DNA from: Lepidodermella squamata
Taxonomy: Eukaryota; Animalia; Gastrotricha
Assembly (NCBI GenBank): GCA_047495785.1
Contig: JBLDXI010000029.1
Span: forward strand, 2,418,001 to 2,482,000
Length of the DNA: 64,000 bases
Direction: 5' to 3'
How positions within the stretch are numbered: the stretch's first letter is position 1; each line of letters starts with the position of its first letter. The notes under the pieces were generated by a model. The model saw only the letters and a program-made list of their open reading frames with translations. It had not been told where the DNA came from and made no database searches. Below are positions 1-13,618 of this stretch, piece by piece. The position numbers were made by a program, and so were the translations under genes.

Positions 1-3000
1 GGTTGCGTAGTTTCTATTTCTACGAGGCCGCTGCTATTACGCTGCAAACACTTGATTTTCGCCTTCTTCACCTCGCCCGTTGTTTTACTGACCTCGGCCA
101 GTAGGCGCGAAATCGAGGCTGGTTCTTCGGAATTATGAATGTGTAACATCACCGGGAAGCCCTGGGTCAACGGAATTCGAACGTCGAAAACAACGATTCG
201 AGCGCGGAATCGGTTCGAAGTCGGCGCGGGTAGGTTGGCATCGGCCAGAATCGAGCCGACAGCTATCGTGGCCGGGTCAATGGTTTGAGCTAGCACAATC
301 TGAGCTTGGTCGCCGCCGAACGCGGCCTGAGCTGGTTGGTTGTCGATAGTTATCGATTTGATAGTTGCTAACTGCGACGAGGGCTGGAGGACCATGCGAT
401 CGTTGACTTGCAAATGACCGGAACAGACAATACCGGCCAGAGTTGTAGCGGCTGAACCGGTCGCTTGGCGGAAGACGTCAACCACGCAAAAACGAGTCGG
501 ACTGAGGAAAGAGCCGCGGTCGGGTGGAACCAAAGAGTCTGAAATAACAGCAAATTGAAAAGCCTCATTCTAATAAATTATTATTGGGAATATATTAAGA
601 TGGACGCTTGGGCCTGAACAAATATCAGTGCATTATTTCGCTCGTTCTTTAAGCAGTCTTTAAGCTCTTTAGCGCGAAAATGCACCGAGATATTATGGAA
701 AATAATCAGCACCCTGAAATAATTGATGGTTCAAAAACGTAATTTTTCACTAAATACCGTTTGAAGTAATTGTGCATAAGGTTTCATGTTATTAAATACA
801 ATTTTCAAATCGAAAGGTAAAATCATTACTACTTTCATGGGGGTCATTTAGAATCTGAAATTCCAATGTTGAAAGCATCCGATTTAGAAATCAGGGTGCA
901 CAAAAAATCGCCTGAAATCGATTGGGCCGATAGGGCGATTTCGACCACTTTTCGCATTCTTAACAACGACAAACGGGTTTCAAAATCGTGATTAGGACCA
1001 TTGAACCCTGAAATGCCGCCATACATTTGTTTCGTCCACAGATAAAAAAAAGTCGGCCGTGAAAGGGTTAATGGTTGCTCTAAAGGCGATTTTTTTACGA
1101 GAAAATCGTTTTCAACTCACCTATTTGGTCGACGAGGCAAGGTCCATTGTACCATTGTTTCAGTTCGGCAACGTCAGTCGGGTATTTCGTCAAATTCAGC
1201 CCAAGCAATCCACTCACCGGAACGTAGAAAATATCACTATCTTTGAAGCCAGTCGTCTTCAAAAACAGCCCCAATTTCGTCGTAATCTCTTTGAAACGAT
1301 CCTCGGCCCAATTCACAGTGTCCATCTTGTTAACCGCAATAACAACCTGGGTTACACCCAACGCACGCAGTAACAACGCGTGTTCTCGAGTTTGCCCACC
1401 TGATTCGAACCCAGATTCAAATTCACCCTTTGTCGCATTCACGACCAAAATCGCAACATCGGCCTGGCTAGCGCCGGTTATCATATTGGGCACAAAATCG
1501 CGATGCCCCGGCGCGTCCATTAAATTGATGATCCGATTTTTCGTCTCAAATCTCATGTGACCAACATCGATGGTCACGCCTCGATTCCTCTCCTCGTCAG
1601 TTTCATCGAAAACCCAGGCAAATGCGAATGAACCTTTCCCGATTTTCTCAGAATCAGTCTTATTGCGATGCATTGTCTTTTTGTCGACAAAATCGAGTTG
1701 GTAAAGCAAATGGCCCATTAGGGTCGATTTTCCAGCGTCAACGTGGCCTACAACAACCAGATTCAACAGGTGTTTACCGTTATTCCGCGTATTCAAAATT
1801 TGCTCCAATTCGGCTACGTTTTTCACAGTCTTCGTCTTCTCGATACTGCCTCGATTGACAACTCCCTTTTGCTGGCGAATAGTCGGTGAAGCTCGCGGGT
1901 CTCCGTACGCACTCGAACACCGCTCGGACCGCTCGCGTGTCGGTGTCCCCGGGCACGGAGAGGGAGCGGGTGAAGAGGCGACTGATGAAATCGCGTTACT
2001 CTCAGCCGCTAATGCATTCGCATTTTGCTGAGCGACGATAACACGTAGAGGCTTGAAAAATTCCGATTTTGGACCAGTTGTAGTCGGCGAAGGAGGCGGT
2101 CCGTCAGCGCCGAAAGCCGATGCGTCAACAACAAACCCTTAAAATTAGCGAAATGACGAAATAATAGACTTCAATCAAGCAATTTATTGAAAGAGAGAAA
2201 CGTTAATTAAGATAAATTTAAGCAGTAGTCGAAGCAATTTTGCGAGCTTTGAGAACAAGCTCATCTGGTGAAGCCGTAGAAAAGTCGAATTTTGGAATGT
2301 TCGGCGCATTTCGAAGCTTTTTCACAATCAAATAAGGCCGGGAGACGTGTTTTAAAGTGGAAACGTAAAGACTTGTGCAAGTTTTCGGCTTCGATCGACA
2401 CGCTGCGACTAGAAGTCGAGCTGCCGGCGTAAGAGCTTGGGTTCTCATAACTGTGACGTGAAATTCATGTAAATCATCATCTGGCTTTTCTGTTTGTGGA
2501 ACCATAAAGATTTCAGTTTCTGGTTTTTTCTCATAAATGGGAACTGATTTAGCTTTCTCTTCAGTCGGTAGCATTTTTTCCTTTTCAACCGGCGTCTTAA
2601 TAACTGGAGAGAAAACGGGAAGAGTGAATTGCGGTTGATCCTTCTTCAGCTTAGCAGCCTCCTGGCCATATTGATTCATAAGCGACATCAAAGAAGACAA
2701 ATCGCCTCCTGATTTAGCTGTCACCGCAGGTGATGGAGGCTGAATTTGAGCTAACGGCTTTGGAAAAGCCGAAAGGTTATTTTGATGGAAAGAAGCAGAA
2801 GCCAATGAAGGTTTCGAAAGTATATTAGCAGAATTATCAGATGAAGGCAAGAATTCGCTCAAAGCATCTAAATCCTCATCTTCGACAATCAAATCTTACC
2901 TTATGATGGCCGAGGGAAGAGAAGAAAAAAAGCCAAATATGAAATTACTAAATAGCATGAAAATCGATATTTACCTTTTCCATAAGTTGACCGACCCGCT

Positions 3001-3352
3001 TGAGCTGCTTTCGGGGTAGTAATATCGGCGCCTTTCATCAGTTCTGCTAGTCGTGCATCGTCGTCTCCTCCGGAAGCCCCGCTTCGAGCTGAATCAATTG
3101 GATTAGTCATTTTTCCGGTAGAGATTAAGCTTCAAAACCTTTAGGGGTAGCCTTTGGACTTGGAGCGGGGGCCTTTTTCGGCTGCATCATTTCATGTAGG
3201 GATAATTGTTGCGCGCCACCTCGTAAATACTGCTGCATACTCGTCGACAGTAGATTGGTATCGTCGACAGAGGTTCCAGTGATGTCATCATCTTCCTCGG
3301 CGTCCTCTATATCCTCATCTAAATATTGTTTAACGTTGCGATGTCGAGACAT
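1..3352 (-). CDS. HBS1L: HBS1-like translational GTPase, long isoform (3' end runs off the window)
   Basis: Starts MSRHRNV (HBS1 N-terminus). Exons approx 3352-3139, 3088-2975, 2137-1121 and 538-<1, with GT-AG introns and consistent phase. G-domain motifs [22 protein letters not shown] and NKMD, followed by EF-Tu-like domains II/III. Confidence 0.93.
660..1071. mobile_element. Possible degenerate piggyBac-like MITE in an HBS1L intron
   Basis: Right end AAAGGG-TTAA (1062-1071) and left end TTAA-GCTCTTT (660-670) resemble TTAA-flanked piggyBac termini. The TIR match is poor. Confidence 0.3.
2218..2894 (-). CDS. HBS1L: Alternative terminal exon of HBS1L (Ski7-like / HBS1LV3-type short isoform)
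   Basis: 224-codon ORF inside the HBS1L intron 2974-2138. It is in frame with the phase-1 donor at 2974 using the AG at 2896-2895 (other in-frame AGs lie just downstream). It ends ...[19 protein letters not shown], with AATAAA at 2188-2183. Confidence 0.8.
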
Positions 3353-3844
3353 TTAAGCGACTGCCTATGTCTAAACTCAGCTAAAGAAGCTGATATAAGT
3401 ATACCTATGTAAGAAACATCACAAAGATAATGCAAGTGTTGATGCGAAAAATTGACTCGCATAAAGTCAAAAAGAGAAGAGGAAGCCATCTGGTTAGCAA
3501 GTTATGCATGACCGTTTGTGAGATTGTGGTCACCATCAAAAAAGCTGGCTAACCTAGCCAGGGTTTTGCCTCGACTAAATTGTCCCTTCTAATGCGTCTC
3601 CCGTATGGTGCGATGGCGATACATGCCGGTGGCTAATCAGCAAATATAGTAAAACAAAAACCTATGCAATAAATGACACACTAAATTATCAACGAAAATT
3701 AATCGTGTGAAGACAACTGGTTGCTAAAATATGATGAAATAAAATCAGGAGGAAGCGGTAGAATAAAATTTTGCAAGCAATAATTTATAGGCCGTAGCAA
3801 TACTAATTCATTTAGACATATTAAAGGCATGGAGTTTAAAACTG

Positions 3845-5075
3845 TTATAGTTGAGCGTTGAAACGATGACGATGAATAACTATCGAGCGCGACACATCAG
3901 ACGCTTTAGGACAACCGCTCAAAGCCATTGCACGGGACAATTCACCGTGTAGAATATCAACAACATGGCCGATCCCGCCTTCACCTCCGCATGTAAGGCC
4001 ATACAAAACAGGCCTGCCAATAAATACCATCTTCGCACCCAGAGCCAAAGCTTTGAGAACGTCAGTGCCAGAACGAATTCCGCCGTCGACCATTACAGGG
4101 CAGCGACCAGCTACTGCTTTCACAACTTGTGGCAAAGCTTCGATGGAAGCGGGTACAGAATCAATTTGCCTTCCGCCATGATTTGACACAATTATTCCTT
4201 CAAAAACTATGTAAAGAGATGCGAATTAAGTCAATTTAATGCCAACCTGATGCACCATGAGCCAAAGCAATCTCGGCATCCTCTGGAGACAAAACTCCTT
4301 TCACGATGATAGGCAATTTTGTGATCGAACGTAGCCAATCAATGCAATCCCAAGTCAATGTTTGGTCAAGTTGTTGTAAGATGTAAACAAAAAGGCCAGA
4401 CTCGTTGGTACCATTGTTACTGTTTGCTGATGGAATGTTAGCTTGCTTCATTCCAACAAAGTTTCCCAGATTGAGATGAGGTGGCAACGCAAACTTATTG
4501 CGGCAATCGGCTAATCTTCGGCCGAATATTTGAGCGTCAACAGTGAGCACAAGAGCTTTGTAGCCCGCTTGTTCGACTCGTCGAACGAGTTGACGAGTTA
4601 TTTCTCTATCTTTGTAAACGTACAACTGGAACCACAAGTGTGCATTTTGCCCTCCAGCTGCAGCGACCTCTTCTAAACTGGTAGTGGATAATGTCGAAAG
4701 AATCATCAAGCATCCTTTACGCGCTGCTGCTCTCTGAGTTAACATGCAACTATTAAGTAAGTTACGGAAATGGCATTAATGGCATACTGCAGTGGCCTCT
4801 TCACCATCCGGATGAGCCAGTTTGTGCATAGCCGTCGGTGAGAACCCAATGGGTGAAGAAAACTGCTGACCTAGGATGTTCACTTTCATATCCAACTTGG
4901 AAACGTCGACCATCATCTTCGGCATCAACAAAAATCTATCGTAAGCCTCTTCATTGTCTCTGAGAGTTCTTTCTTCATCGGCTCCACTTTTATAGTATCC
5001 CAGAGCCGAAGACGGCAGTATGGAAATAGCCCGCTTTTCAACATCCCTGACGGTCAACAAGTCACTCAAATGCAT
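3845..5075 (-). CDS. HAO1: Hydroxyacid oxidase / glycolate oxidase (FMN-dependent)
   Basis: Three exons (5075-4788, 4733-4247, 4197-3845). Motifs SPTAMHKLAHPDGE, WFQLY, SNHGGRQ and DGGIRSGTD; PTS1-like C-terminal AQL. Confidence 0.9.
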
Positions 5076-5374
5076 GTTGGCAACTGGTTTGACTTCGGAT
5101 TGACTTCGGACTTGTGGATGGAATGGAAAATGACAAACAAGATTTTCTCCCTGTTCGGAAAATTTACCGGCAAAACTCATTAAGTTTTGAACTTTGTTAA
5201 AATACATGATATCGATTATTAATAAACCCATACATTTCAACCTAACTTGTGTATGTTGAATAAAATCTTAATATCTTTATCGTGTTTTTTTCGTTCCCTT
5301 TAAGCTTGGGTTTTTTTGGCCGAAATCGGAAATCTTCATTGATTTGTTCTAGTACGGGATGTGCTTGCTAGAAA

Positions 5375-6160
5375 ATGTGTGAAATCGAGCGATTTTTCGG
5401 CTGCTATATGCTTGTTTCAAGAAATGAGCGGTATGCCGGAAGCACTTACATCGGATTTACTAACAATCCAACTCGACGAGAGGGTCAGCACAACAAAGGA
5501 AAAGAGGCTGGCGGAGCGTGGAAAACTAGCGGTAAAGGACCATGGGACATGGCGCTAATAGTCCATGGTTTTCCAAATGAAATATCTGCTCTTCAGTTTG
5601 AATGGGCTTGGCAAAACCCTGAAAAATCGCGACACCTCCGGCGCAGCAAGCGAAACTTTAAAAAGTGCAATTCTCGCACGCCAGTTGCTAAAAGACTTGA
5701 AGTAATGATTGCTATGGTTAACTGCGCTCCATGGAAGAGGTTGCCTCTCACAATCCGTTGGCTCTGCCCATCCTATCAACGAATGTTTGAGGGTGAAATA
5801 CCGCTTCACATCCCGATCACTTTTGGTCGTGTGAAGGTTGTAAAGACTCCAGCTGCCCCTCAGGCTGATAATCACTCAAGCTTCAAATGCTTTTTATGCA
5901 GTGAATCAATCCCTACTGATGAAAACCTCTCTTGTTATTGGCCGGATTGTCGCAATTCCCATTTTCATATGACCTGTATTTCTGACTTCATGTTAGCAGC
6001 TGACCAAGCTGGCAAAAACGGAAAATTAATACCAGTATCCGGTCGCTGTCCATCCTGCAAGGGTGATATATTATGGGGTGATTTCATTCGCTACAAACAC
6101 GGTTGTTACCGATCTTTGCTACCTGCTCAAGATGACGACATTCCAGAATCTCAGTCTTAA
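5375..6160 (+). CDS. SLX1: Structure-specific endonuclease subunit SLX1 (GIY-YIG + C-terminal zinc finger)
   Basis: Single exon. FFGCY..TYIGFTNNPTRR..QHN, ALQFEWAWQNP and a Cys-rich C-terminus. Confidence 0.92.
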   Translation: MCEIERFFGCYMLVSRNERYAGSTYIGFTNNPTRREGQHNKGKEAGGAWKTSGKGPWDMALIVHGFPNEISALQFEWAWQNPEKSRHLRRSKRNFKKCNSRTPVAKRLEVMIAMVNCAPWKRLPLTIRWLCPSYQRMFEGEIPLHIPITFGRVKVVKTPAAPQADNHSSFKCFLCSESIPTDENLSCYWPDCRNSHFHMTCISDFMLAADQAGKNGKLIPVSGRCPSCKGDILWGDFIRYKHGCYRSLLPAQDDDIPESQS

Positions 6161-6199
6161 TAAACTCGACTTTCTGTACTGCTCTTTTTAGAATTTTAA

Positions 6200-9100
6200 A
6201 TGTCAACTCAACGTAGTTTGTATCCATATACATTCGAAGGACAAGCGCATCAGCGCCCAGCTCAGTCTTATGCAGGGCATGATAGCAAGGTAAGCGTCCT
6301 GCATATGTCGTCAATTCTTCCTACTGCTTTTTGATAATTCAGAAAAATAGGGACGAACTTTTAAAACATCTTGAGGACGAGCGTCGCCGTCGGGAGGTTT
6401 GTTTATTTGCCTTAACAAAATTTCAAACGACAATTTCCCTTATTTCAGAGGATTCGACAATGCGAAGCCGCTTCAACTAAGCTTCAATCGGCATGGCGCG
6501 GAACTTTGATTAGAAATGAGCGTCAAAAGAATATTGCTGCCGACTTTCACGGAATCGTTGAAAAGCTCAAGTCTTCCAGTCTTGACGTTGAATCTGCCGA
6601 TAAATTGGTCCGTTGCATGGCATTCAGCCGTCGTGAAAACTTGCTCGAAGATGATATTGTAAGCATAACATTTGGAGAATAATTAAATTTGATTATTTTT
6701 ACAATAGCATTGGTTTGCGAATCAAGTTCTCAAGGAGGTGGTGAAATTTCTTCCTGTTTTTGTCACCATCGATACGAAAGGAAAGCCGATTCTCTATCGT
6801 CTGAAAGCATTCTTGTTTTACATTTTGACGCGCATATGCTCATCATCTCGTCCAACCACGGCACTTCGACTACTCGAGCTTCTATTAAGCCCGAACACTT
6901 ATTCCAAAACATTCAGCGCTGAAGTCGCCCAAGAAACTGCTAAGCAGGCTGTCGAATATTTGATCAGCCATGATTTTTACCTAACTCTATGCCAAACCCT
7001 GATATCAAAAGCCGACGCTGGGTTGGAAATGCTGCCTGGTCAAGCTTTCCCGGGTGGTTTTCCCGGCGCTATCCTCCAATTGATGCTCGTACCTCTCCAT
7101 TCAACTACTGAATCAGCTGATATTACCAATTTTGTTGCAACTCAATTTGTTTTCGATGTTTTGTGTCGACCTGAACCGATAATCGCCCGCTTCTTCATCC
7201 CAGCTTTTCTTGTCAGCAATATCGGCGATCGTTTATCGCTTCTGGTTGCTAAATGTTTGTTGAATCAACGCTCGAAATTGGCACAGTTGCAGCCGATTTC
7301 GAATGTTCATGTTGTTTGGTGTGTCCTATCCGCGTTAAAGAAGGCTGATACGCAGAAAATGAGCAATGCCGACGCGTTGAATATCATTGAGTGCCTTGCG
7401 ATTCTGCTCAGCCAAATGCCGGTCGTGGACCGTTTGCAAGATGACCGTATTCCAATGCATATCGACGGTGCTGATTCGGATGGCGAAGATTCGGACGAAG
7501 AAACGGCTCATCATGTTTTCCAGCTCAATCAAGACTCGGCGCTAAGCTCCTCGATTTGGTCCAGTATGCCTTCATACGCAAAACATATGCATAGCGAGGT
7601 TGTTTCGATGTTGTGCAATGATCGTGGTTTCGCTACTTTCCTTCGAGTCCTTATCGACACGACGAAGAAATCATCGATGAATAACGCAGATGACGGTACT
7701 TGTCAAATCGCTCAGTTATTCTACGAATTAATCTATCGACACGGCGTAACTCCTGGCCAAATGCGAGGATCGGCCCTGCCGGTGTTTGATAAAGACCTGT
7801 TAAGGCGGTTCTATTTCAAATTGGCCACTCTGTGTGGGCCTATTGCGTACCCAGTCCAAGTTACTTTACTTCAGCGTATTCAGTCGGGCTTACCATTGCA
7901 CACGCTAGAATACAACATGCTGGTGCCGATTTTCACGATTTTCACTAAATTCTTCCATTGGTTACTGCTCTGTGTTAACGATGCGGAATTTCTGGAAAAT
8001 TCGCCCGATCGACGTATTTTGACCCCGTTTGCCACGCACGAGTTGATAGAAATTACGTCAAATTTTCGAAAGGCGTGCGCAGGTCTCGTGGATGTACTCA
8101 GCCCTTCAAGATTTCTAGGGCCTTCAATGAAAACTGAACAACTAATAACATCGCCGAAATCGTATATCGCAATGTTCAAATCGGCCTGTCATTTGTTGAA
8201 GCATCTTTACAGCCGAAATTGCCGGCTCAATTTTTTGCCCGAGGGTTTCTGGTCATCTGTTCTGTCGACAGTTCAACCCGTATATCCGCCGCCTTTCGGT
8301 CTTATCTCCTATTTAATTCAACCATTTTCCGACCCGGATTTGCTGTTAACCGGCGAGTATGTCGAACAGGGCTTGGATCCATCGATCGCGAGAGGTTTCA
8401 CCGCAAGTGAGATTCATTTAGCCATTGTTTTGACCAATGTCCCATTTCTATTGCCGTTTGAGTATCGTTACGACGTTTTCCGGGCGGTTCTAAACCGAGA
8501 TCGGGAGGCTAATTACCGATCTCGCCCAATGGGGCTAGACGAGGGTATGACTATCGACGTCCGAGTTAGGCGGCAATATTTGTACGAAGACGCTTTCGAC
8601 CGGTTGTCGCTGGAAAATGCGCCGAATCTCCGTAAAAGAGTGCGGTGCCAACTGGTCAATTTCACTGGGTTGGACGAGGCTGGTATCGATGGGGGTGGCT
8701 TGTTTCGCGAATTCGTGACTGAGCTGATTCGAACAGCTTTCGACCCAAATCGCGGCCTATTTTGCTACACCCCGACCGCAAAGGACTGCCGGTTATACCC
8801 GAACCCGGCCGCGGAGGCGCTGTACCCGGATAACTGGAAGAAGCACTTCTTTTTCCTTGGTCGAATTGTTGGCAAGTTACTCTACGAAAAATTGCTGGTC
8901 GAACTGCCGATGGCTGATTTTTTTCTCGCAAAAATATTATCGCGAGATTTCGCCTCGTTGGACGTTCACCATCTCGCCGATTTAGACCCTGTTTTGTACA
9001 AAAATTTGCTGTTTTTGAAGACCTACTCGGGCAATGTCGAGGATTTAGGCCTTGATTTTACGGTTGTTGATGATTCTCAAATCAGCGAAAACCCGCGTGT

Positions 9101-10409
9101 TATCGAGTTGATACCGAACGGTAAAAACACGCCGGTTTCGGCTGAAAATCGCATCTTATACACGCATTTAGTCGCGGATTATAAACTGAACCGGCGAATC
9201 AGCGCCCAGTGCCGCGCGTTTGTCGAAGGCCTGTCCCACGTCGTCAATATCGATTGGCTGCGCATGTTTTCGCCGCCTGAGCTGCAGACGCTGATTTCTG
9301 GCGCCGAGCGGCCGATAAATATGGCGGATTTTATGGCAAATGTACGCTACACTGGGGCGTATAACGAAGAGCATCCGACTATTCGCGCTTTCTGGGCTGT
9401 TGTTAAACATCGCATGTCCGAGGACCAGCGCCGTCAATTGCTCAAATTTGTCACAAGTTGTTCTCGCCCTCCTATGTTTGGGTTCAAGGTCAGTTATCCA
9501 TTTTTACGTTTTCACAATTTTTAGAGAGAGCTGTTGGTTTTATTATTTCAAAACGAAAATAAAAGCACCGGCCACGTTGGCTTTGGGCGCATCAGAAATA
9601 TCGTTATAATAATTCTCACAATTCACAATTTTTACAATCATAATTTGACATTTTCGTCTTAATTTCTCGTTTTTTTTACTATACCGTAATCCAGTACAAC
9701 TTCACACAGTCTCTTCCTTAAAAATTCCCAAAAAAACAACGTTTTTTGGTCTACTTTGAAGTGTTGTCCTGCGATAACCGTAACAGATATCCGCGCGCTC
9801 CAACTTAGCGAATTCAAGCTTCTACTTTTCTGAAGAAGTAGCCAAAAGGCACACCCTTCGATGGAGCGCAAAATTCAGATAACTCCGAAATCGATTTGAA
9901 TTTTACTCGGCAATTTTGAATTTTTTTGAGAAAATTGAATTTAAGCTGGATTTTTTTAGTTTTTAATGTTTGTCTTATTTTAATATTTTATTTTGGCAGC
10001 AAATAACAGCATTTGGTCATAACAGGTCATAACAGCAAATACCCAAAACAGCAAATTTTTTAACTTGCGACATAACAGCATAAACACGATGTATCTTATA
10101 CATTTTGCTGGTTTGTCGCGTCCGCTTTTCTGCGAGGTTGCTGTTTTGTCGCCCTAACTTTACTTTAATATTTTGATATTTCAATATTTCAATAATTTTT
10201 TCAATATTTTTTAGGACCTCGAACCGCCTTTCACGATTCACTCTTCCGGTCCCCCCGACCAAAACGGGCCCGCGGCTGGCGGTTTGCGACTTCCATCAGC
10301 CTCGACCTGCATTAATCTGTTGAAATTACCTGAATACGTCGAAGAAGATACACTGTACGAAAGGCTGTGTTATGCCATCGAGTCGCAATCTGGCTTCGAA
10401 TTGAGCTAG
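6200..10409 (+). CDS. UBE3C: HECT E3 ubiquitin ligase UBE3C-like
   Basis: N-terminal YTFEG, ERRRRE and IQ-like LQSAWRG across three short exons, then a large exon to 9489 with HECT motifs (EAGIDGGGLFREF, LLKFVTSCSRPP). Last exon 10215-10409 has LPSASTCINLLKLP and GFELS-stop. Confidence 0.92.
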
Positions 10410-13400
10410 TTCTCAGCGCCCATCAGGATGACCAAGTCATGAATGCTGGGAGATAAAAATTACTATCCAAGATTTTCTACAAGTTAGGCGTGTTCGATTA
10501 ATCGAGAATTGTAACATCTCACTTGTTTGTGTGTATATCTTTGATTATTATAAAGATGGATGACTCGACTTTTTAGTTTATTTTACATGCGACGAGCGTT
10601 GAATGGAAAAATGGTCTGTGATCATAATGAATAAATAAGTCTTCAAATAAAATTGTTTCTTATCACGTGAAACTGAGATGTTGAATCCAGGCGGTATTTA
10701 CGCTGCAATCGCTATCGGAAATTGGCACGATTCAACACATTATTTTATAACATTCTTTAGAGGAAGAATCAAATTTCAAAGGGTTTGCCAAGCGCTCTTC
10801 CTGAGTGAGGGTTCCAGCACTAAAAGTTCCCCGGGGACCTGTGGTTTTTCGAGTTTCTAGCTCTTCATATTATTTCAATTTATTAATTATCGAGCCTAAT
10901 CGATAGATCCTTATAGTTCACGCTATCGTCGGTCACCTCACGAGTTATAAGCCTGCTGAGCCGAAATCGATTTCATATTATCGATTTAGTAAATCAGTGA
11001 TTTTTCTGATATCGGCAGTCTAGGAACCCAGTATTTCACATTTTCCTATGTAGCCGGGGGTAGATGAAGAATAAAATATCTCAAAGATGGAGGTTGGTGC
11101 ATTTTCGATGAAGGAAAATTCCAAATCGAAAACATTCGGATTTCCTAAACGGTGAAATTTAGTGCTGGGATCGACTATCATGTAATCGGTACAAGAAACG
11201 GGTCATCCACTGAAGTTGATTTCTGAAGTTTCCTCCTGTTCATCGATAACAAACGTACAACGCATCACGAGTCGCTTCAGAAGTTAATTGGTTATCCTCA
11301 AGTGAGGGGGTCGAATTGAAAATGTCAGCCCAGGGTAGAAATTTGCGCGAAAAATATGAACGGCGATATATTAATAATGATGGCTGCAGAGGACATGCAA
11401 TTATATTTGAATTACACGTGATTGATTCTCAGCTCCTGTCCAGCTAGTGAAAACGAGGTAATCTATTCTTAACAATAATTGGCCTCGTAAAACGCATAGT
11501 TCGCCCGCAAACAAACTCAATTTCCTGCTTGCCCCTATTTCCTTCGAGGTAAACAAGAGGCATGTGGGTGCTTTTATAATGCGATGATAAAACCTGCCGG
11601 GAAGGGACATCTCGGCAGCACGTGGAGAAGCCTTGTGACGGCAGGAAACACGGCCAAACAGGAAGGCGATATAGGTTCAAGTTTCCGAAGATGACACTTA
11701 TAAATGTCTCTATAAGCCCTAGGCGTGACCATTTGCGTCATCTACACGGCGCCTCACGTGTTCATACACGTTAACGCTGTTGTTTATGAATGCGTAGGAA
11801 TAATTAGCCGGAAAATTTAAAGTCGCGAGACCTATAAACAATCGCGGCTATTTAATGCCCGATTCATTTAGGAAAAAATCACATTTTTTCAAAAGAAATT
11901 AGATTTATATTTGTCTAATTTATTGTATTAAATCGGGTGCAATGTCTCTTTGCTGGCACCCGAGAAATATGAAAAAATATCAGGTGCTCTTAATGAAGCG
12001 AAATCTATATAAGCTTCAAACGTGGCAACTTTCATTATTCATTTCACTACGACACGTTCCCACGCATTCCACGCAAAGCAATGGAATCATGTGATATTTG
12101 GGAATATTCATGTTATCTGACATAAACCACCGATATATATACTGGCTATACGCTGCTAACCCTTTGGATTTTCGCAGGCTCATATCACGTGCTCGCATCC
12201 CTATAACATTATTAAGTGCGCGATATTTTTGTAAACGGCGAGGATAATGCCATTCATAAAGTCGGGGCTTATTGATTGCTCTCTTGTTGTACAAGTCATT
12301 TCCTCTCTAGGCACTGGGGTGAAAGTCCCCTCTTGAAGACACAACTCAAGTAAAATGTTTCCGCCATTTTGCATGCGGGCGTTCACTGTTAGGCGATTTC
12401 CTGAATGATGGCAAATGTCCACGCCCACGACGGCTTCGGTTGAGCAATGTCGCTTTAATTCATTTTTTCAACTGAAATTTGCATTGCCCTCCGCATATGT
12501 TCAAAGTCACATGCGTAAGTCACTTCGTACTGAGCTTTTCATTCGTAATTTTATTAGTGAAATGGCCCTAACGGCGATCACCATGAAAAGCAATTTGATT
12601 TGTTTTTTATTGCTTTTCGGTTGACATGAAATAATTAGATAAATGTGGACATTTCGCCTGATCAGCTTCATTGGCCATAGTAATTGTCGCAACAAAAAAT
12701 TAAACTTTCAATTCTCCTGATTTATTTTACAAATGATCAATTTTGAGGTGTTGATAACTTGCTCAGAAATGTCCAACGTGTAAGTCGACATAATTGAATT
12801 TAGTGCTATGTTGTCTGAATTGTCTTATAATTTGGGCCAAAAGTTGGGAAAATTGCTTCATCACGTGGCTGTCAACGTTGAGTTAAGAGCGACGTCACAT
12901 TATTAGGTGACGCTAAACAAGACGATGTAACTTGATTAGGGGTATAATTTTTAAGTGGGTCTCTCCACGTGAGTAAACCTGAATATATATCGCGAAAATT
13001 TCTTCGAATCAATCTAGACAGTTTATATTGACGCTGCAAATTAACATGCTGATATCTCGGGCCGCAATAAATCACAACTTCCTTGCAACAGTCATTGCAA
13101 CTGCACTTCTTTTCAATTACATCGCAGCTGATTATCAAAGTAATTTTTTTTTTTTCAACTAGTTTCAAAAAAATCTTCATTTTTTCCTCAGGCATATCAA
13201 GCAGAATGCGCCAACTCAGCACGCCTTCAACTGCTTATCAAATCAGCCTGAGGGACCAGGAATCTGTTCGATCCAGGGGTAAGCAGTGGCAGCAAATGAT
13301 GGGAACTGCTCTACGTGCCGGGCATCAAATGCAAACTCTGTGCGTGGCTATTTGCGCGTCGTCGAACTACAAGCAGCCAATTTGCGTTCACTGCCCGAAG

Positions 13401-13618
13401 CGATCGAAGCTTTCAGCTCAAAGGCGGACTAATCCTCTAGCTTTCGAATCGTGATTGCAATTTCATGCAACATTCCCAGCAAAATTGCAAACTATTGTTC
13501 GACTTTTTAATATTGTATACGTCGTGCCATCGTTTTACTTACAAAAAATCGTCAAAATAATTCTGAGAATATTTTTTCTTCTAGGAATTACAATTTAAAC
13601 TGAATTTTTCCGATCAAC

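Noticed and set aside
10450-13550. Short ORFs in the long non-coding region before the Ig gene
   Set aside because: No recognisable motifs or codon bias; at most a 5'UTR exon near 13191-13277.
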